From Escherichia coli (GTDB lineage: Bacteria > Pseudomonadota > Gammaproteobacteria > Enterobacterales > Enterobacteriaceae), in NCBI RefSeq assembly GCF_016903815.1, contig NZ_CP069973.1: a stretch of 64,000 bases of DNA. One strand, given 5' to 3'. Position 1 is the first letter of the stretch. Every line of letters begins with the position of its first letter. Below are positions 38,203 to 48,693 of this stretch, in pieces. The notes beneath the pieces were generated by a model. The model was not told where the DNA came from. It did no database searches and was given only the letters and a program-made list of their open reading frames with translations. The translations under genes were made by a program, and so were the position numbers.

Positions 38203-39342
38203 ATGGCTGGAAATACCCTGACCGGGTTGATCCCGACTATTTATACCGCCCTGGATGTTGTATCCCGTGAGCAGGTAGGTTTTATCCCTGCGGTAGCAAA
38301 AAACGCAAAAGCTGACGCCGCAGCAAAAGATCAGACGGTAACCGCGCCAGTTGCGCCTGAGGCGAAAACCGAAGATATCGTACCGGGGCCGTCAGCTCCG
38401 AATACCGGTGATCAAAATATTGGCACTGTTGATGTAAAAATTACTAAATCCAAAATGGCACCGGTTAAATGGAATGGTGAAGAACAACTGGCTCTTGGCC
38501 CTTCAGGGACTTACAACACCATTCTGGCTGATCAGTTCAAGCAGGCTTTTCGCGCCCTTGCAAACGAGGTTGAGGCTGATCTTGGTGCGTTGTATTTCGG
38601 TGCTTCCCGCGCCGTGGGAACCGCAGGGACAACGCCGTTTGGTGTTAAAGATGATCTTTCTGATGCTGCTCTGGCTCGTCAGGTTCTGGAGGATAACGGC
38701 GCACCGACAACCGATCTGCAGATGGTGCTTGGCTCCACTGCCATTGCTAATTTGCGCGGAAAACAGTCTGTATTGTTTAAAGTGAATGAATCCGGCACTG
38801 AACAGCTACTGCGTGAGGGCGTGTTGGGGCGTCTGGAGGGATTCAATATTCACAGTTCGGCAGGTGTGAAACGAGCGCCAAAGGTTGCTGCAACTGGTTA
38901 TCTCGTGAATGGAGAGAAAAAAGAAGGCGATGTTCTTATTTCCATTGATACTGGTTCGGGGTGTATTTCTGCAGGTCAGATTGTTACGTTCGCTGGTGAT
39001 CCGAATCAGTATGTTGTGGCAGCAGCGACCAGCAATCTGATTACTCTTGCAGCGCCCGGACTGCGTCAGGATCTGGCCGATGATACTGCCATCACAGTTG
39101 TTGGGGCCTTTACTGCAAATATGGCGTTTGATCGCAACGCGTTTCTGCTGGCATCCCGTACTCCGGCAATGCCGGAAGGTGGCGATAATGCTGATGATGT
39201 AATGAATGTTACGGACCCGATTTCAGGGATTACGTTCCAGATTGCACTGTATCGTCAGTATCGCCAGGTGCGCTATGAAGTTGGACTGGCATGGGGTGTT
39301 TCATCAGTGAAGCCGGCACATGGTTGTCTGATTCTTGGTTAA
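38203..39342 (+). CDS. major capsid protein
   Basis: 379 aa from MAGNTLTGLIPTIYTALDVVSREQVGFIP.... It is followed by a strong hairpin, and its position after the scaffold is typical. Confidence 0.85.
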   Translation: MAGNTLTGLIPTIYTALDVVSREQVGFIPAVAKNAKADAAAKDQTVTAPVAPEAKTEDIVPGPSAPNTGDQNIGTVDVKITKSKMAPVKWNGEEQLALGPSGTYNTILADQFKQAFRALANEVEADLGALYFGASRAVGTAGTTPFGVKDDLSDAALARQVLEDNGAPTTDLQMVLGSTAIANLRGKQSVLFKVNESGTEQLLREGVLGRLEGFNIHSSAGVKRAPKVAATGYLVNGEKKEGDVLISIDTGSGCISAGQIVTFAGDPNQYVVAAATSNLITLAAPGLRQDLADDTAITVVGAFTANMAFDRNAFLLASRTPAMPEGGDNADDVMNVTDPISGITFQIALYRQYRQVRYEVGLAWGVSSVKPAHGCLILG

Positions 39343-39350
39343 ACATTCAA

Positions 39351-39375
39351 ACGGGGCTTCGGCCCCATTTTTAAT
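39351..39375 (+). terminator. hairpin (GGGGC-ttcg-GCCCC) plus T-run after the capsid gene
   Basis: AAACGGGGCTTCGGCCCCATTTTTAAT. Confidence 0.5.
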
Positions 39376-39384
39376 GGGGGGCAT

Positions 39385-39561
39385 ATGGCCGGATTAACTA
39401 AAGAGCAAAGAGCACAGCGTGAAGCCGCACAAAAAACGCAAATTGAGTTAGTGGTTATGGTGACCGATTATCAGATGTTTCCCGGCGCACCAACTATCGC
39501 TAATGTTCATCCTGATGAAGTTGACAACTGGAAGGCTATGGGCTGGAAAACTCAGGAGTAA
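39385..39561 (+). CDS. possible 58-aa head-associated small protein
   Basis: Product is MAGLTKEQRAQREAAQKTQIELVVMVTDYQMFPGAPTIANVHPDEVDNWKAMGWKTQE. It fills the gap between the capsid and connector genes. Confidence 0.45.
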   Translation: MAGLTKEQRAQREAAQKTQIELVVMVTDYQMFPGAPTIANVHPDEVDNWKAMGWKTQE

Positions 39562-39564
39562 CAC

Positions 39565-39960
39565 ATGATCACTTACGTGACCTGTGATGACGTTGATAAT
39601 GCGTTTGGGAACGCCTGGACGAGTGAGAACGCTAAAAATAAAGCTGTTTTAATGGCTAATGCCTGGCTTAATGGCTTCAACCTGAAAATTAACCCATCCC
39701 GTATTCCGGAAGAGGTAAAACTTGCGGGAGCATATGCAGCCAGAATTGCCTCATTCGGTAAGTTGTTTCAGCAGAAAAATGATTCTGGCGTTGTTATCAG
39801 TAAAGCCGTGTCGGCTGACGGGGTCAGTGTATCGAAATCATTTTCTGAGTTGCCAGCAAACAGCACTGCATTGCTTGAACCCGATTTACAGCTTGCGATA
39901 GCACTGCTGAAACCGTACGGACTTAGTCGCTCACAAGTCAGGGTTGTGAGGGGGGGATAA
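39565..39960 (+). CDS. head-tail connector / head completion protein
   Basis: 131 aa. Position only. Confidence 0.55.
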   Translation: MITYVTCDDVDNAFGNAWTSENAKNKAVLMANAWLNGFNLKINPSRIPEEVKLAGAYAARIASFGKLFQQKNDSGVVISKAVSADGVSVSKSFSELPANSTALLEPDLQLAIALLKPYGLSRSQVRVVRGG

Positions 39961-40343
39961 TGGGGCTTCGTGAAGAGATTCAGTCAGAGGTTGCCGCTGC
40001 TTTTGATGAGGATTTAGCGGACGCCGTGAGTGATTTTTCTGGTTCTTACGTTACGCACCGGCACTGGGATCCTGTGACGGAAACTGGCGGCGAATCCACC
40101 GCAATCTATACCGGGCGAGGCGTGTTGACACGTTATAAGCTGGGCAGAATTGATGGGATTAATATTTTGCATGGTGACCTTAAATTAACCGCTCTGGTAT
40201 GCGAGGTTACGGATAAACCAGCTGTCGACCATATTATTGAGATTTATGATCCTGTATCAAGGCAGTTACAACGATACGAGGTAATTACAGCAAGTGTAGA
40301 TCCTTCCGCATCAGTTTACTCTATCCAGTTAAGGAGAGCGTAA
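39960..40343 (+). CDS. head-tail joining protein
   Basis: 127 aa, with a TAATG overlap. Position only. Confidence 0.5.
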   Translation: MGLREEIQSEVAAAFDEDLADAVSDFSGSYVTHRHWDPVTETGGESTAIYTGRGVLTRYKLGRIDGINILHGDLKLTALVCEVTDKPAVDHIIEIYDPVSRQLQRYEVITASVDPSASVYSIQLRRA

Positions 40344-40724
40344 ATGGCAAAGGCATGGGATATAGAACCGTCAATATTTGCCGGGATGATTGAGGAAGAT
40401 GTAGGGCTGAAGATTCGCTACATCGCTATTCAGATTCTTACTGCTATTGATATTGCTGCTCCGGTTGATACCGGACGTTTCAGAAATAACAACCTGGTGT
40501 CGTTACAGCATCCCGATTTTGGTATATCTGATAACGTGGATCCGAACGGTACGATTGCTGTTCAGCGTGGGATCGGGGTTATTTCGAAAGCTGCAAATTA
40601 CGGGGTTATTTATATCCAGAATAACCTTCCTTATGCAGAGGCTCTTGAAAACGGTCATTCACAACAAGCGCCAACTGGCGTGTATGCCAACGCTTTTCAT
40701 GGTGTTTTACAGGCTTACAAATGA
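40344..40724 (+). CDS. HK97 gp10-family neck/tail-completion protein
   Basis: 126 aa with the PVDTGRFRNN motif typical of the gp10 family. Confidence 0.65.
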   Translation: MAKAWDIEPSIFAGMIEEDVGLKIRYIAIQILTAIDIAAPVDTGRFRNNNLVSLQHPDFGISDNVDPNGTIAVQRGIGVISKAANYGVIYIQNNLPYAEALENGHSQQAPTGVYANAFHGVLQAYK

Positions 40725-41113
40725 AGTTTACTGAAATCAGAAATACGGTTATTTCCAGAATGACGGCACAGACGATTATTGATGGAAAAGACGTATTGTA
40801 TCCGAACGGGCCAACGTTCGATCCTTCCGGTAAGTTAATCTGGGCGCGGTTAAGTAATATTCCCGGGCAAGCTGGAGTTAATGAAATTGGCGCGGGGCCG
40901 GTTGTTTATCGCACGGGGATAATCATTATTCAGTTATTTGTCCCCGCAGGTTCTGGTTCAAAACTCATTACTGAGACAGCCGATAAATTGCGGGAACTGT
41001 TTGAGTTTCAGGATGACGATCGTCTCAGTTACCAGGCTGTTTCCTCAATAGCCGTCGGCGAAAAGAATGGCTGGTTCCAGCTTAATCTTCAAATTCCATA
41101 TCGCGCGCTCTAG
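40721..41113 (+). CDS. tail terminator-like protein
   Basis: 130 aa, with an ATGA overlap. It lies immediately upstream of the major tail gene. Confidence 0.55.
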   Translation: MKFTEIRNTVISRMTAQTIIDGKDVLYPNGPTFDPSGKLIWARLSNIPGQAGVNEIGAGPVVYRTGIIIIQLFVPAGSGSKLITETADKLRELFEFQDDDRLSYQAVSSIAVGEKNGWFQLNLQIPYRAL

Positions 41114-41139
41114 CGCAATTAATGACATAGGAGGCTCCT

Positions 41140-42102
41140 GTGAGTTCAGGTGCAAAGGTTATCTCGGCATTTATCCGGGAGACAGTTGCAGGCACTACGC
41201 CAGCAAGTGGTGACTGGAGTTTATTAAAACGCACAAGCTGGGGAGTAAAACCCACCCAGAATAAAGGCGAAAATAATGAGATTGGTGGCTCCCGGATGGC
41301 TCAGGGGGCGACGCCTGGCACTGTGGATGTCGGCGGTGATGTTGGTACCAAATTTCGCTGGGGTCAACATGATGATTTTCTTGCATCCTGTTTCGGCGCG
41401 GAATGGTCAGGCGATTCTCTGACAATGGGGAATGAGCGAATAACATTTTCTCTGGCGACCTATGCGTCCGATGTCGGAATTGCCTCTGTCGTCAGAGGAG
41501 CGCAGGTTGGCTCATGGAAAATGCAGATCCCTAACGACGGCGATATTACAGCGACCGTAACCTTTGCCGGGCTGGGCTGGGAATCAAAGGCCGATGATAC
41601 GAATTTTATCAAAGGCGAACCTGTGGATAGTGCAGGAAAGTTACGCTATTCGTTTAAGGCGGTTTCAGCAGTAAGCCTGAATGGTGTTGCCGGAGGTAAC
41701 GGTTTTTGTATCGACAGTTTTGATATTCAGTTCGATAACAAACTCCAGACACAGCGTTGTATCGGGACCGGCTCGCCTTATGCAGGAGCAAATATTCCGA
41801 CTACTTTTACACCGTCCGGTACGGTGACGCTTTCATGGTCTAAAGCCGCGTGGGAAATCTGGAGTAAAACACTGACTGGAGAAACAGTTCCGTTCAGCTT
41901 CACGCTTTCGAATGGAGAGGGGGCATACACTTTCAGTTTCCCGAAGGTTCAGGTGTCAGGTGAATGGCCTGATGGGGGTAATACTGACATTATCCAGGTT
42001 CAATTGAGCATTACCGCAGCAGATGAAGCACCTACGATAACCAGAAAAAAATGCTCCCCGACTGCCGTGATCGCAAAAGCCAGTGCTGATGCGATTAGTT
42101 GA
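41140..42102 (+). CDS. major tail (tube) protein
   Basis: 320 aa with a GTG start (SD GGAGG). It sits upstream of the G/GT chaperone pair. Confidence 0.75.
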   Translation: MSSGAKVISAFIRETVAGTTPASGDWSLLKRTSWGVKPTQNKGENNEIGGSRMAQGATPGTVDVGGDVGTKFRWGQHDDFLASCFGAEWSGDSLTMGNERITFSLATYASDVGIASVVRGAQVGSWKMQIPNDGDITATVTFAGLGWESKADDTNFIKGEPVDSAGKLRYSFKAVSAVSLNGVAGGNGFCIDSFDIQFDNKLQTQRCIGTGSPYAGANIPTTFTPSGTVTLSWSKAAWEIWSKTLTGETVPFSFTLSNGEGAYTFSFPKVQVSGEWPDGGNTDIIQVQLSITAADEAPTITRKKCSPTAVIAKASADAIS

Positions 42103-42216
42103 TTTTCCGTTATTCCCCCTGTGGTACTGCACTACAGGGGGACGCATTGAATGAGGTTATGGATGTTTATTCTTAATCAGAAAATTATCATCGGTGGAGA
42201 ACGCTGGTTTACGCCA

Positions 42217-42612
42217 ATGAAGGACTTAAAACCTATAGACGGGTTAAAACTGTTGGTGGCAAGCAGCGATAACGATCAGTATCGCTCCCGTAATGCATTA
42301 ATCCGTCGTCACATTGAGAAAATGGATGCCAGTTTGCACGTCGGAACGAAGGAGTTTGATATTTCAAAGGTTTCCGAGGTAGATTCTGTTGATGATTTAC
42401 TCATTGATAATGCTGCTCGTTATCTGCTGAAAGACTGGAAAGGGGTTGGTGAACTGGTTAATGGTGCTGAGGTTGCACTGGAATATACGCCAGAACGAGG
42501 GATCGCGCTGCTTAAGCAGAATCCAGAGTTGTACTGGCAGATCCTTGCAGAAGCAGCCAGCATCGCCCAGGGTAAAGAGCAGCAGAAGCAGGATACGATA
42601 AAAAAGCCATAG
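42217..42612 (+). CDS. tail assembly chaperone (gpG analogue)
   Basis: 131 aa from MKDLKPIDGLKLLVASSDNDQYRS.... It ends 6 nt after a slippery heptamer. Confidence 0.75.
   Translation: MKDLKPIDGLKLLVASSDNDQYRSRNALIRRHIEKMDASLHVGTKEFDISKVSEVDSVDDLLIDNAARYLLKDWKGVGELVNGAEVALEYTPERGIALLKQNPELYWQILAEAASIAQGKEQQKQDTIKKP
42600..42606 (+). promoter_or_regulatory. programmed -1 ribosomal frameshift site A_AAA_AAG (G to GT)
   Basis: In the zero frame it reads ata aaa aag cca tag. The -1 frame is open from here to 42920 and joins the 42687..42920 ORF. Confidence 0.75.
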
Positions 42613-42920
42613 CCGCCCAGCGGTGGTTATCGGAGTTCGGGGGAGAAAGGGGGGAAAAGGCAAGATGGAAGCGAGAAAAACTCAGGTTGCCACCGATACC
42701 GGAACCAGAAATAGACCCGGTGCTTAAGGAATTGTTGTACGCCTATTCGGTAATATCCCGTGCCCGACGTTATGCTGGAATGACCGGGGTGCCTTTGCCT
42801 TTATCTCTGACAGAGATAAATGAATATTTAGCCACTCATCCGGTATTGATTGAGCGCGATGAGTTTGAAGCAGTGATCTTTGCACTGGATGACCAGTATT
42901 TTCAGGAGCAGTGTGTGTAG
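42606..42920 (+). CDS. gpT-analogue extension of the tail assembly chaperone (expressed as a GT fusion)
   Basis: The -1 frame has no stop between the slippery site and 42920, and the track ORF MPPIPEPEIDPVLKELLYAY... lies in this frame. Confidence 0.7.
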   Translation, partial: AIAAQRWLSEFGGERGEKARWKREKLRLPPIPEPEIDPVLKELLYAYSVISRARRYAGMTGVPLPLSLTEINEYLATHPVLIERDEFEAVIFALDDQYFQEQCV

Positions 42921-43083
42921 TTGTTAATTACGTACACTCTGTTACAGAGATGTGATGGTGTCTTTAATTAAATCGATGATGCTCCTGGAGAAAAGCATTG
43001 CGTGGCCTCGTAATCGCTATATCTACTATTATGTCGCCTGAAACCCACTTCGGTGGGCTTTTTGTTGTCTGGAGTTTTAATAA

Positions 43084-46000
43084 ATGGCAGAGCAAACCTC
43101 GCGTCTCGCAATAATTATTGATAGCACTGGAGCAAAAAATAATGCTGACAATCTGACCTCCTCATTAGTCAAAATGACGCAGGCCGGGGAAACTGCTGCA
43201 AATAGCGCAGGGAAAGTGACTAAGGCAACAGAAGATGAGAAGAACGCGCTCGCAAAATTAAAAGCAGCTATTGATCCAGTTGGTGCCGCAATTGATACTG
43301 TCGGTCGACGCTATTCTGAATTAAAGAAATTTTTCGATAAAGGGATTATTGATAAAGAAGAATATGAATTTCTTGTCCGTAAACTTAATGAAACCACAGA
43401 GGAATTGAGCGGGGTTGCGCAAGCGCAGAGAGAAGCCGAGAAGGCCGGAAAACTTGCTGCCGCCCAGCAGGAAGCGCAGACTCAGGCCTTTCAAAGAATG
43501 CTGGACAAGATCGACCCTCTGGCTGCGGCGCTAAGAAATCTTGAACAACAGCAGGATGAACTTAATGCTGCGTTTGCATCCGGGAAAATAAATGGTTCTC
43601 AGTTTGAGAATTATAGCCGAAAAATACAGGAAACACGGCGAGAGCTTACCGGAGAGGCTCAGGCAGAGCGAGAAGCAGCAAAAGCGCATGATGAACAGGT
43701 TGCTGCTTTGCAACGTCTGATTGCTCAACTTGACCCTGTCGGAACTGCTTTTAATCGTCTGGTAGAACAACAGAAACAGCTCAATGAAGCAAAAGCTAAG
43801 GGGATGCTCTCTCCTGAAATGTATGAGGAACTTTCTGGAAAACTTCGTGCTATGCGGAGTGAGCTTGAGGTTACTCAATCTCAATTAAGCAAAACCGGAA
43901 TGTCGGCAAAACAAACGGCTTTTGCTATGCGCATGTTGCCTGCACAAATGACGGATATTGTTGTTGGGTTGTCCACTGGTCAGTCGCCTTTTATGGTGTT
44001 AATGCAGCAGGGCGGCCAGCTAAAAGATATGTTCGGTGGGATTGGCCCGGCGATCAAAGGTGTTGGTTCTTATGTGCTGGGATTAATTAATCCTTTTACC
44101 CTGGCCGCAGCAGCCGTTGGCGTCTTAGGGCTGGCTTACTATAAAGGCTCTCAGGAGCAGGACGAATTTAATAAGTCTCTTATTCTTACCGGAAATCAGT
44201 TGGGGACAACCAGCGGGCAATTGGCCGATATAGTTCAACGTGCCGGGAATGCGGCTGATTCGACAACTGGCGCTGCGGCGGCAGTATTAAACCAGCTTGT
44301 GCGTTCGGGAAAGGTAGCGAGCAGTTCGCTGGAGCAAGTGACGACAGCGATAGTAAAAACGAGCGAAGTAACAGGAATATCAACCGAACAACTGGTTAAT
44401 GACTTCAATGAAATTGCAAAGGATCCTGTCAGTGCCATATCAAAACTTAATGATCAGTACCATTTTCTGACAATTGCGACTTATAACCAGATTAAGGCGC
44501 TACAGGATGAAGGGAACCAGCAGGAGGCCGCCCGCATTGCGACAGAAGCATACTCATCCTCAATGATCCAGCGCACCAACCAGATTAAAGAAAATCTTGG
44601 TTATCTTGAGACTGCATGGAAAGCTGTCGCAGACTCCGCAAAATGGGCATGGGATTCCATGCTGGATATTGGCCGTGAGGCCTCCCTTGATCAAAAAATC
44701 TCAGATGTTCTCCGTCAAATTGATGAAATAGAAAAAAATACCCGACCCGGAGTTTTCGGGTTAGGTGGCATTGGAGATGGCGGAGCTCAAAATAAAAGGC
44801 TGGCACGATTAAAGCAGCAATTGGGCGTACTTCAAGCAGAAAAAATTGCTCAGGACGTACTAAATTCATCAATAAACGATTACAACAAGCGACAACAGGA
44901 AGGAATTGAACTCAGACAGAGAGCAGATGCCTTTTCAAAACAATATCAGACCCGGGAGCAGCAGAGAGCTAGTGAACTTGCAAAACTGGAAAAACTAAAG
45001 AGTCAGTATTCAAAGGAAGAATATAATAATCTTATCGCTCAAATAAATGAGCGTTATAAAGGTCCAAAGCAACCAAAGGCGAAAGGTTATTCGGATGATG
45101 CTGCCCAACGAATGATTGATCATCTGAATCAACAGAATGCGTTACTAAGTTCACAAACTGAATTAACCGTTAAATTAAGTTCCTCTGAACAGGAACTGGT
45201 TAAGTGGCGTCAGCAGATTGCCGACCTGGAGTCACGACCGTCATCGAAATTAACCAAGGATCAGAAATCGCTTCTCTTACACCGGGAAGAAATAACCGCG
45301 TTGATGGAGAAAAATGTTGCGATTGAAAAAAATAACAGGCTAATCAAGGAATCCGCCGAAATAGCTGCATGGCGTGATTCATTGCAGGCTTCGATTGATA
45401 ATCGTCAACAGGGGTATGATATTCAGATTGCTGGTTATGGGGTTGGCGATAAAAATCAGCAACGCCAGCAGGAATTACTGCGGATTGAACGTGAATATAA
45501 CAATCAGCGTCTGCAACTTGAACGTGACTATGCAGATAAATCCCGTGGGATGTCAAATCATGTTTTTCAGGAGAAAATGCAGGCTCTGAATGATGCTCTG
45601 GAACGAGAAAAAGAAATTGTCAGACAGAAAAACGAGCAGCTCGATATTCAGGCAGGAGACTGGGTTAGTGGTGCCTCCCAGGGATTCAATAACTGGCTGG
45701 ATGACACTAAGGATATCAGTGAGCAGATAAAATCAACCACGACTCAGATGTTTGATGGAATGACCGATGCGCTGGGTGATTTTGTCACGACAGGCAAAGC
45801 AAATTTTCGTTCTTTCGCTACTTCCGTGATTTCGGATCTTAGTCGAATAGCATTAAAGGCTTCAATTACTGGGATTTTCGACAGCATTAGTAACAGTTCT
45901 TCTGGGGGGATTTTAGGAACTATCGGGAGTGCTATTAGTAAATTTATTCCGAATGCAAAGGGCGGTGTTTATGAGTCTCCGTCATTGAACACGTATTCGA

Positions 46001-46317
46001 ACGGTATTTATGATTCCCCGCAATTTTTTGCTTTTGCAAGAGGGGCTGGTGTTTTTGGTGAGGCTGGTCCGGAAGCCATTATGCCATTAACACGAACTTC
46101 CGATGGTTCTCTTGGTGTCAGAGCTATTAATAGTAAAAGTGGTAATGGAGGCGGAGATATTACCTATGCCCCTGTATACCAAATCACTATTCAAAATGAC
46201 GGCCAGAATGGAGAGATTGGCCCTCAGGCAATAAAAGCACTTATGGGGATGGTTGATCAGCGGGTGCAGGGCAATCTGTTAAATATGCGACGTGATGGGG
46301 GAATGTTAAGTGGCTAA
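43084..46317 (+). CDS. tail tape measure protein
   Basis: 1077 aa with long coiled-coil repeats and hydrophobic central segments. It lies between the chaperone and gpM. Confidence 0.9.
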   Translation: MAEQTSRLAIIIDSTGAKNNADNLTSSLVKMTQAGETAANSAGKVTKATEDEKNALAKLKAAIDPVGAAIDTVGRRYSELKKFFDKGIIDKEEYEFLVRKLNETTEELSGVAQAQREAEKAGKLAAAQQEAQTQAFQRMLDKIDPLAAALRNLEQQQDELNAAFASGKINGSQFENYSRKIQETRRELTGEAQAEREAAKAHDEQVAALQRLIAQLDPVGTAFNRLVEQQKQLNEAKAKGMLSPEMYEELSGKLRAMRSELEVTQSQLSKTGMSAKQTAFAMRMLPAQMTDIVVGLSTGQSPFMVLMQQGGQLKDMFGGIGPAIKGVGSYVLGLINPFTLAAAAVGVLGLAYYKGSQEQDEFNKSLILTGNQLGTTSGQLADIVQRAGNAADSTTGAAAAVLNQLVRSGKVASSSLEQVTTAIVKTSEVTGISTEQLVNDFNEIAKDPVSAISKLNDQYHFLTIATYNQIKALQDEGNQQEAARIATEAYSSSMIQRTNQIKENLGYLETAWKAVADSAKWAWDSMLDIGREASLDQKISDVLRQIDEIEKNTRPGVFGLGGIGDGGAQNKRLARLKQQLGVLQAEKIAQDVLNSSINDYNKRQQEGIELRQRADAFSKQYQTREQQRASELAKLEKLKSQYSKEEYNNLIAQINERYKGPKQPKAKGYSDDAAQRMIDHLNQQNALLSSQTELTVKLSSSEQELVKWRQQIADLESRPSSKLTKDQKSLLLHREEITALMEKNVAIEKNNRLIKESAEIAAWRDSLQASIDNRQQGYDIQIAGYGVGDKNQQRQQELLRIEREYNNQRLQLERDYADKSRGMSNHVFQEKMQALNDALEREKEIVRQKNEQLDIQAGDWVSGASQGFNNWLDDTKDISEQIKSTTTQMFDGMTDALGDFVTTGKANFRSFATSVISDLSRIALKASITGIFDSISNSSSGGILGTIGSAISKFIPNAKGGVYESPSLNTYSNGIYDSPQFFAFARGAGVFGEAGPEAIMPLTRTSDGSLGVRAINSKSGNGGGDITYAPVYQITIQNDGQNGEIGPQAIKALMGMVDQRVQGNLLNMRRDGGMLSG

Positions 46318-46648
46318 TACGGAAGAATTTCACTGGTTACCAGAGGATGGAATGAAAACAGAAAATAAACCATCGATAAAAACTGTAAGATTTGGCGATG
46401 GTTATGAGCAACGAAGTCCAAATGGACTTAATCATTCTCTGCGCGTTTTCACCTGTGATTTCAAAGTTGAGGCGAATGAACGTGATTCATTTGAAAAATT
46501 TTTAGCCCGGCATGAAGGCTATAAATCTTTTTTTTGGCGCCCGCCGGGTATTAACAGAAAAATCAGAGTGGTGTGTCGAACGTGGTCAGCGACAGAACAT
46601 ATCACCTATACCGATTTTTCGTGTCAGTTTGACGAAGTGGTGATCTGA
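46310..46648 (+). CDS. minor tail protein M
   Basis: 112 aa, with lambda gpM-like size and position. Confidence 0.85.
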   Translation: MANTEEFHWLPEDGMKTENKPSIKTVRFGDGYEQRSPNGLNHSLRVFTCDFKVEANERDSFEKFLARHEGYKSFFWRPPGINRKIRVVCRTWSATEHITYTDFSCQFDEVVI

Positions 46649-47346
46649 TGCAGGACATACAACAGGAAACGCTGAATGAATGCATTCGTGCGGAGCAGTC
46701 GGCCAGCGTGGTGCTCTGGGAAATCGACCTGACCGAGGTAGGCGGGGATCGCTACTTTTTCTGTAATGAGCAGAACGAAAAAGGTGAGTCTGTCACCTGG
46801 CAGAGTCGGCAGTATCAGGCCTATCCCATTCAGGGGAGTGGATTTGAGATGAACGGCAAGGGCAGTGCTGCCCGTCCGACACTGACGGTCTCTAACCTGC
46901 ACGGCATGATCACCGGGATGGCGGAAGATCTGCAGAGTCTGGTCGGCGGAACGGTGGTCCGGCGTAAGGTTTACGCCCGCTTTCTGGATGCGGTGAACTT
47001 CGTCAACGGAAACAGCGAAGCCGATCCGGAGCAGGAGGTGATCAGCCGCTGGCGCATCGAGCAGTGCAGCGAACTGAGCGCGGTCAGTGCCTCTTTTGTA
47101 CTGTCCACGCCGACTGAAACGGATGGCGCTGTTTTTCCGGGACGTATCATGCTGGCCAACACCTGCACCTGGACCTATCGCGGCGATGAGTGCGGTTATA
47201 GCGGTCCGGCGGTCGCGGATGAATATGACCAGCCGACGTCCGATATCACGAAGGATAAATGCAGCAAATGCCTGAGTGGCTGTAAGTTTCGCAATAATGT
47301 CGGCAACTTTGGCAGCTTCCTTTCCATTAACAAACTTTCGCAGTAA
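46648..47346 (+). CDS. minor tail protein L
   Basis: 232 aa, with a lambda gpL-like C-terminal Cys cluster (CTWTYRGDECGY...CSKCLSGC). Confidence 0.9.
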   Translation: MQDIQQETLNECIRAEQSASVVLWEIDLTEVGGDRYFFCNEQNEKGESVTWQSRQYQAYPIQGSGFEMNGKGSAARPTLTVSNLHGMITGMAEDLQSLVGGTVVRRKVYARFLDAVNFVNGNSEADPEQEVISRWRIEQCSELSAVSASFVLSTPTETDGAVFPGRIMLANTCTWTYRGDECGYSGPAVADEYDQPTSDITKDKCSKCLSGCKFRNNVGNFGSFLSINKLSQ

Positions 47347-47351
47347 ATCCC

Positions 47352-48095
47352 ATGACAGAGACAGAATCAGCGATTCTGGCGCACGCCCGGCGATGTGCGC
47401 CAGCGGAGTCGTGCGGCTTCGTGGTGAGAACGCCGGAGGAGGAAAGATATTTTCCCTGCGTGAATATCTCCGGTGAGCCGGAGGAGTATTTCCGGATGTC
47501 GCCGGAGGACTGGCTGAGTGCAGAAATGCAGGGAGAGATTGTGGCGCTGGTCCACAGCCACCCCGGTGGTCTGCCCTGGCTGAGTGAGGCCGACCGGCGG
47601 CTGCAGGTACAGAGTGATTTGCCGTGGTGGCTGGTCTGCCGGGGGGCGATTCATAAATTCCGCTGTGTGCCGCATCTCACCGGGCGGCGCTTTGAGCACG
47701 GGGTAACGGACTGTTACACGCTGTTCCGGGACGCTTACCATCTGGCGGGAATTGAGATGCCGGATTTTCATCGCGGGGATGACTGGTGGCGTAACGGTCA
47801 GAATCTCTATCTGGATAATCTGGAGGCCACAGGGCTGTATCAGGTGCCGTTGTCAGCGGCGCAGCCGGGCGATGTGCTGCTGTGCTGTTTTGGTTCATCG
47901 GTGCCGAATCATGCCGCCATTTACTGTGGTGACAGCGAGCTGCTGCACCATATTCCTGAACAACTGAGCAAACGAGAGAGGTACACCGACAAATGGCAGC
48001 GACGCACACACTCCCTCTGGCGTCACCGGGCATGGCACGCATCTGCCTTTACGGGGATTTACAACGATTTGGCCGCCGCATCGACCTTCGAGTGA
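47352..48095 (+). CDS. tail assembly protein K (MPN/JAB plus NlpC/P60 domains)
   Basis: 247 aa with the HSHPGG JAMM-like motif and the NlpC/P60 Cys (GVTDCYTLF). Confidence 0.9.
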   Translation: MTETESAILAHARRCAPAESCGFVVRTPEEERYFPCVNISGEPEEYFRMSPEDWLSAEMQGEIVALVHSHPGGLPWLSEADRRLQVQSDLPWWLVCRGAIHKFRCVPHLTGRRFEHGVTDCYTLFRDAYHLAGIEMPDFHRGDDWWRNGQNLYLDNLEATGLYQVPLSAAQPGDVLLCCFGSSVPNHAAIYCGDSELLHHIPEQLSKRERYTDKWQRRTHSLWRHRAWHASAFTGIYNDLAAASTFE

Positions 48096-48633
48096 AAACG
48101 GGGGCCGAAGCCATCCGGGCGCTGGCCATGCAGATCCCGGCATTTCGTCAGAAACTGAGCGACGGCTGGTACCAGGTACGCATTGCCGGGCGTGATGCAG
48201 GTGAAACCGAATTGTCTGCCCGTCTTAATGAGCCGCTGGAAATGGTGCCGTGATCCATATCGTGCCGCGTCTGGCAGGAGCCAAAAGTGGCGGTGTGTTT
48301 CAGGCTGTGCTGGGGGCGGCTGTTATGGCGGTTGCTATATGGATGCCGGGGGTAGGAATTATGGCGAGTAATCTGCTGTTTTCTCTCGGTGCCAGTATGA
48401 CGCTTGGCGGTGTTGCACAGATGCTGGCCCCTAAACCCAGAACTCCCCGCACACAGACAACGGATAACGGCAAACAGAACACCTATTTTTCTTCACTGGA
48501 TAACATGGTTGCCCAGGGCAATGTTCTGCCGGTTCTGTACGGTGAAATGCGCGTGGGGTCACGCGTGGTTTCTCAGGAGATCAGCACGGCAGACGAAGGG
48601 GATGGTGGTCAGGTTGTGGTGATTGGTCGCTGA
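47993..48633 (+). pseudogene. tail assembly protein I, split by a frameshift
   Basis: Two ORFs (47993..48253 and 48250..48633) together are colinear with the 223-aa lambda gpI. The junction ...LNEPLE / NGAVIHIVPR aligns with lambda ...LHETLPDGAVIHIVPR, so one A appears to be missing from the A3 run at 48240-48242. Confidence 0.8.
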
Positions 48634-48693
48634 TGCAAAATGTTTTATGTGAAACCGCCTCCGGGCGGTTTTATCGTTTATGGAGCATGACGA

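Noticed and set aside
42115-42141. 8-bp stem hairpin (CCCCCTGT...ACAGGGGG) after the major tail gene, considered as a terminator
   Set aside because: No T-run follows it. It may be an mRNA-stabilising structure, but it is not a canonical intrinsic terminator.
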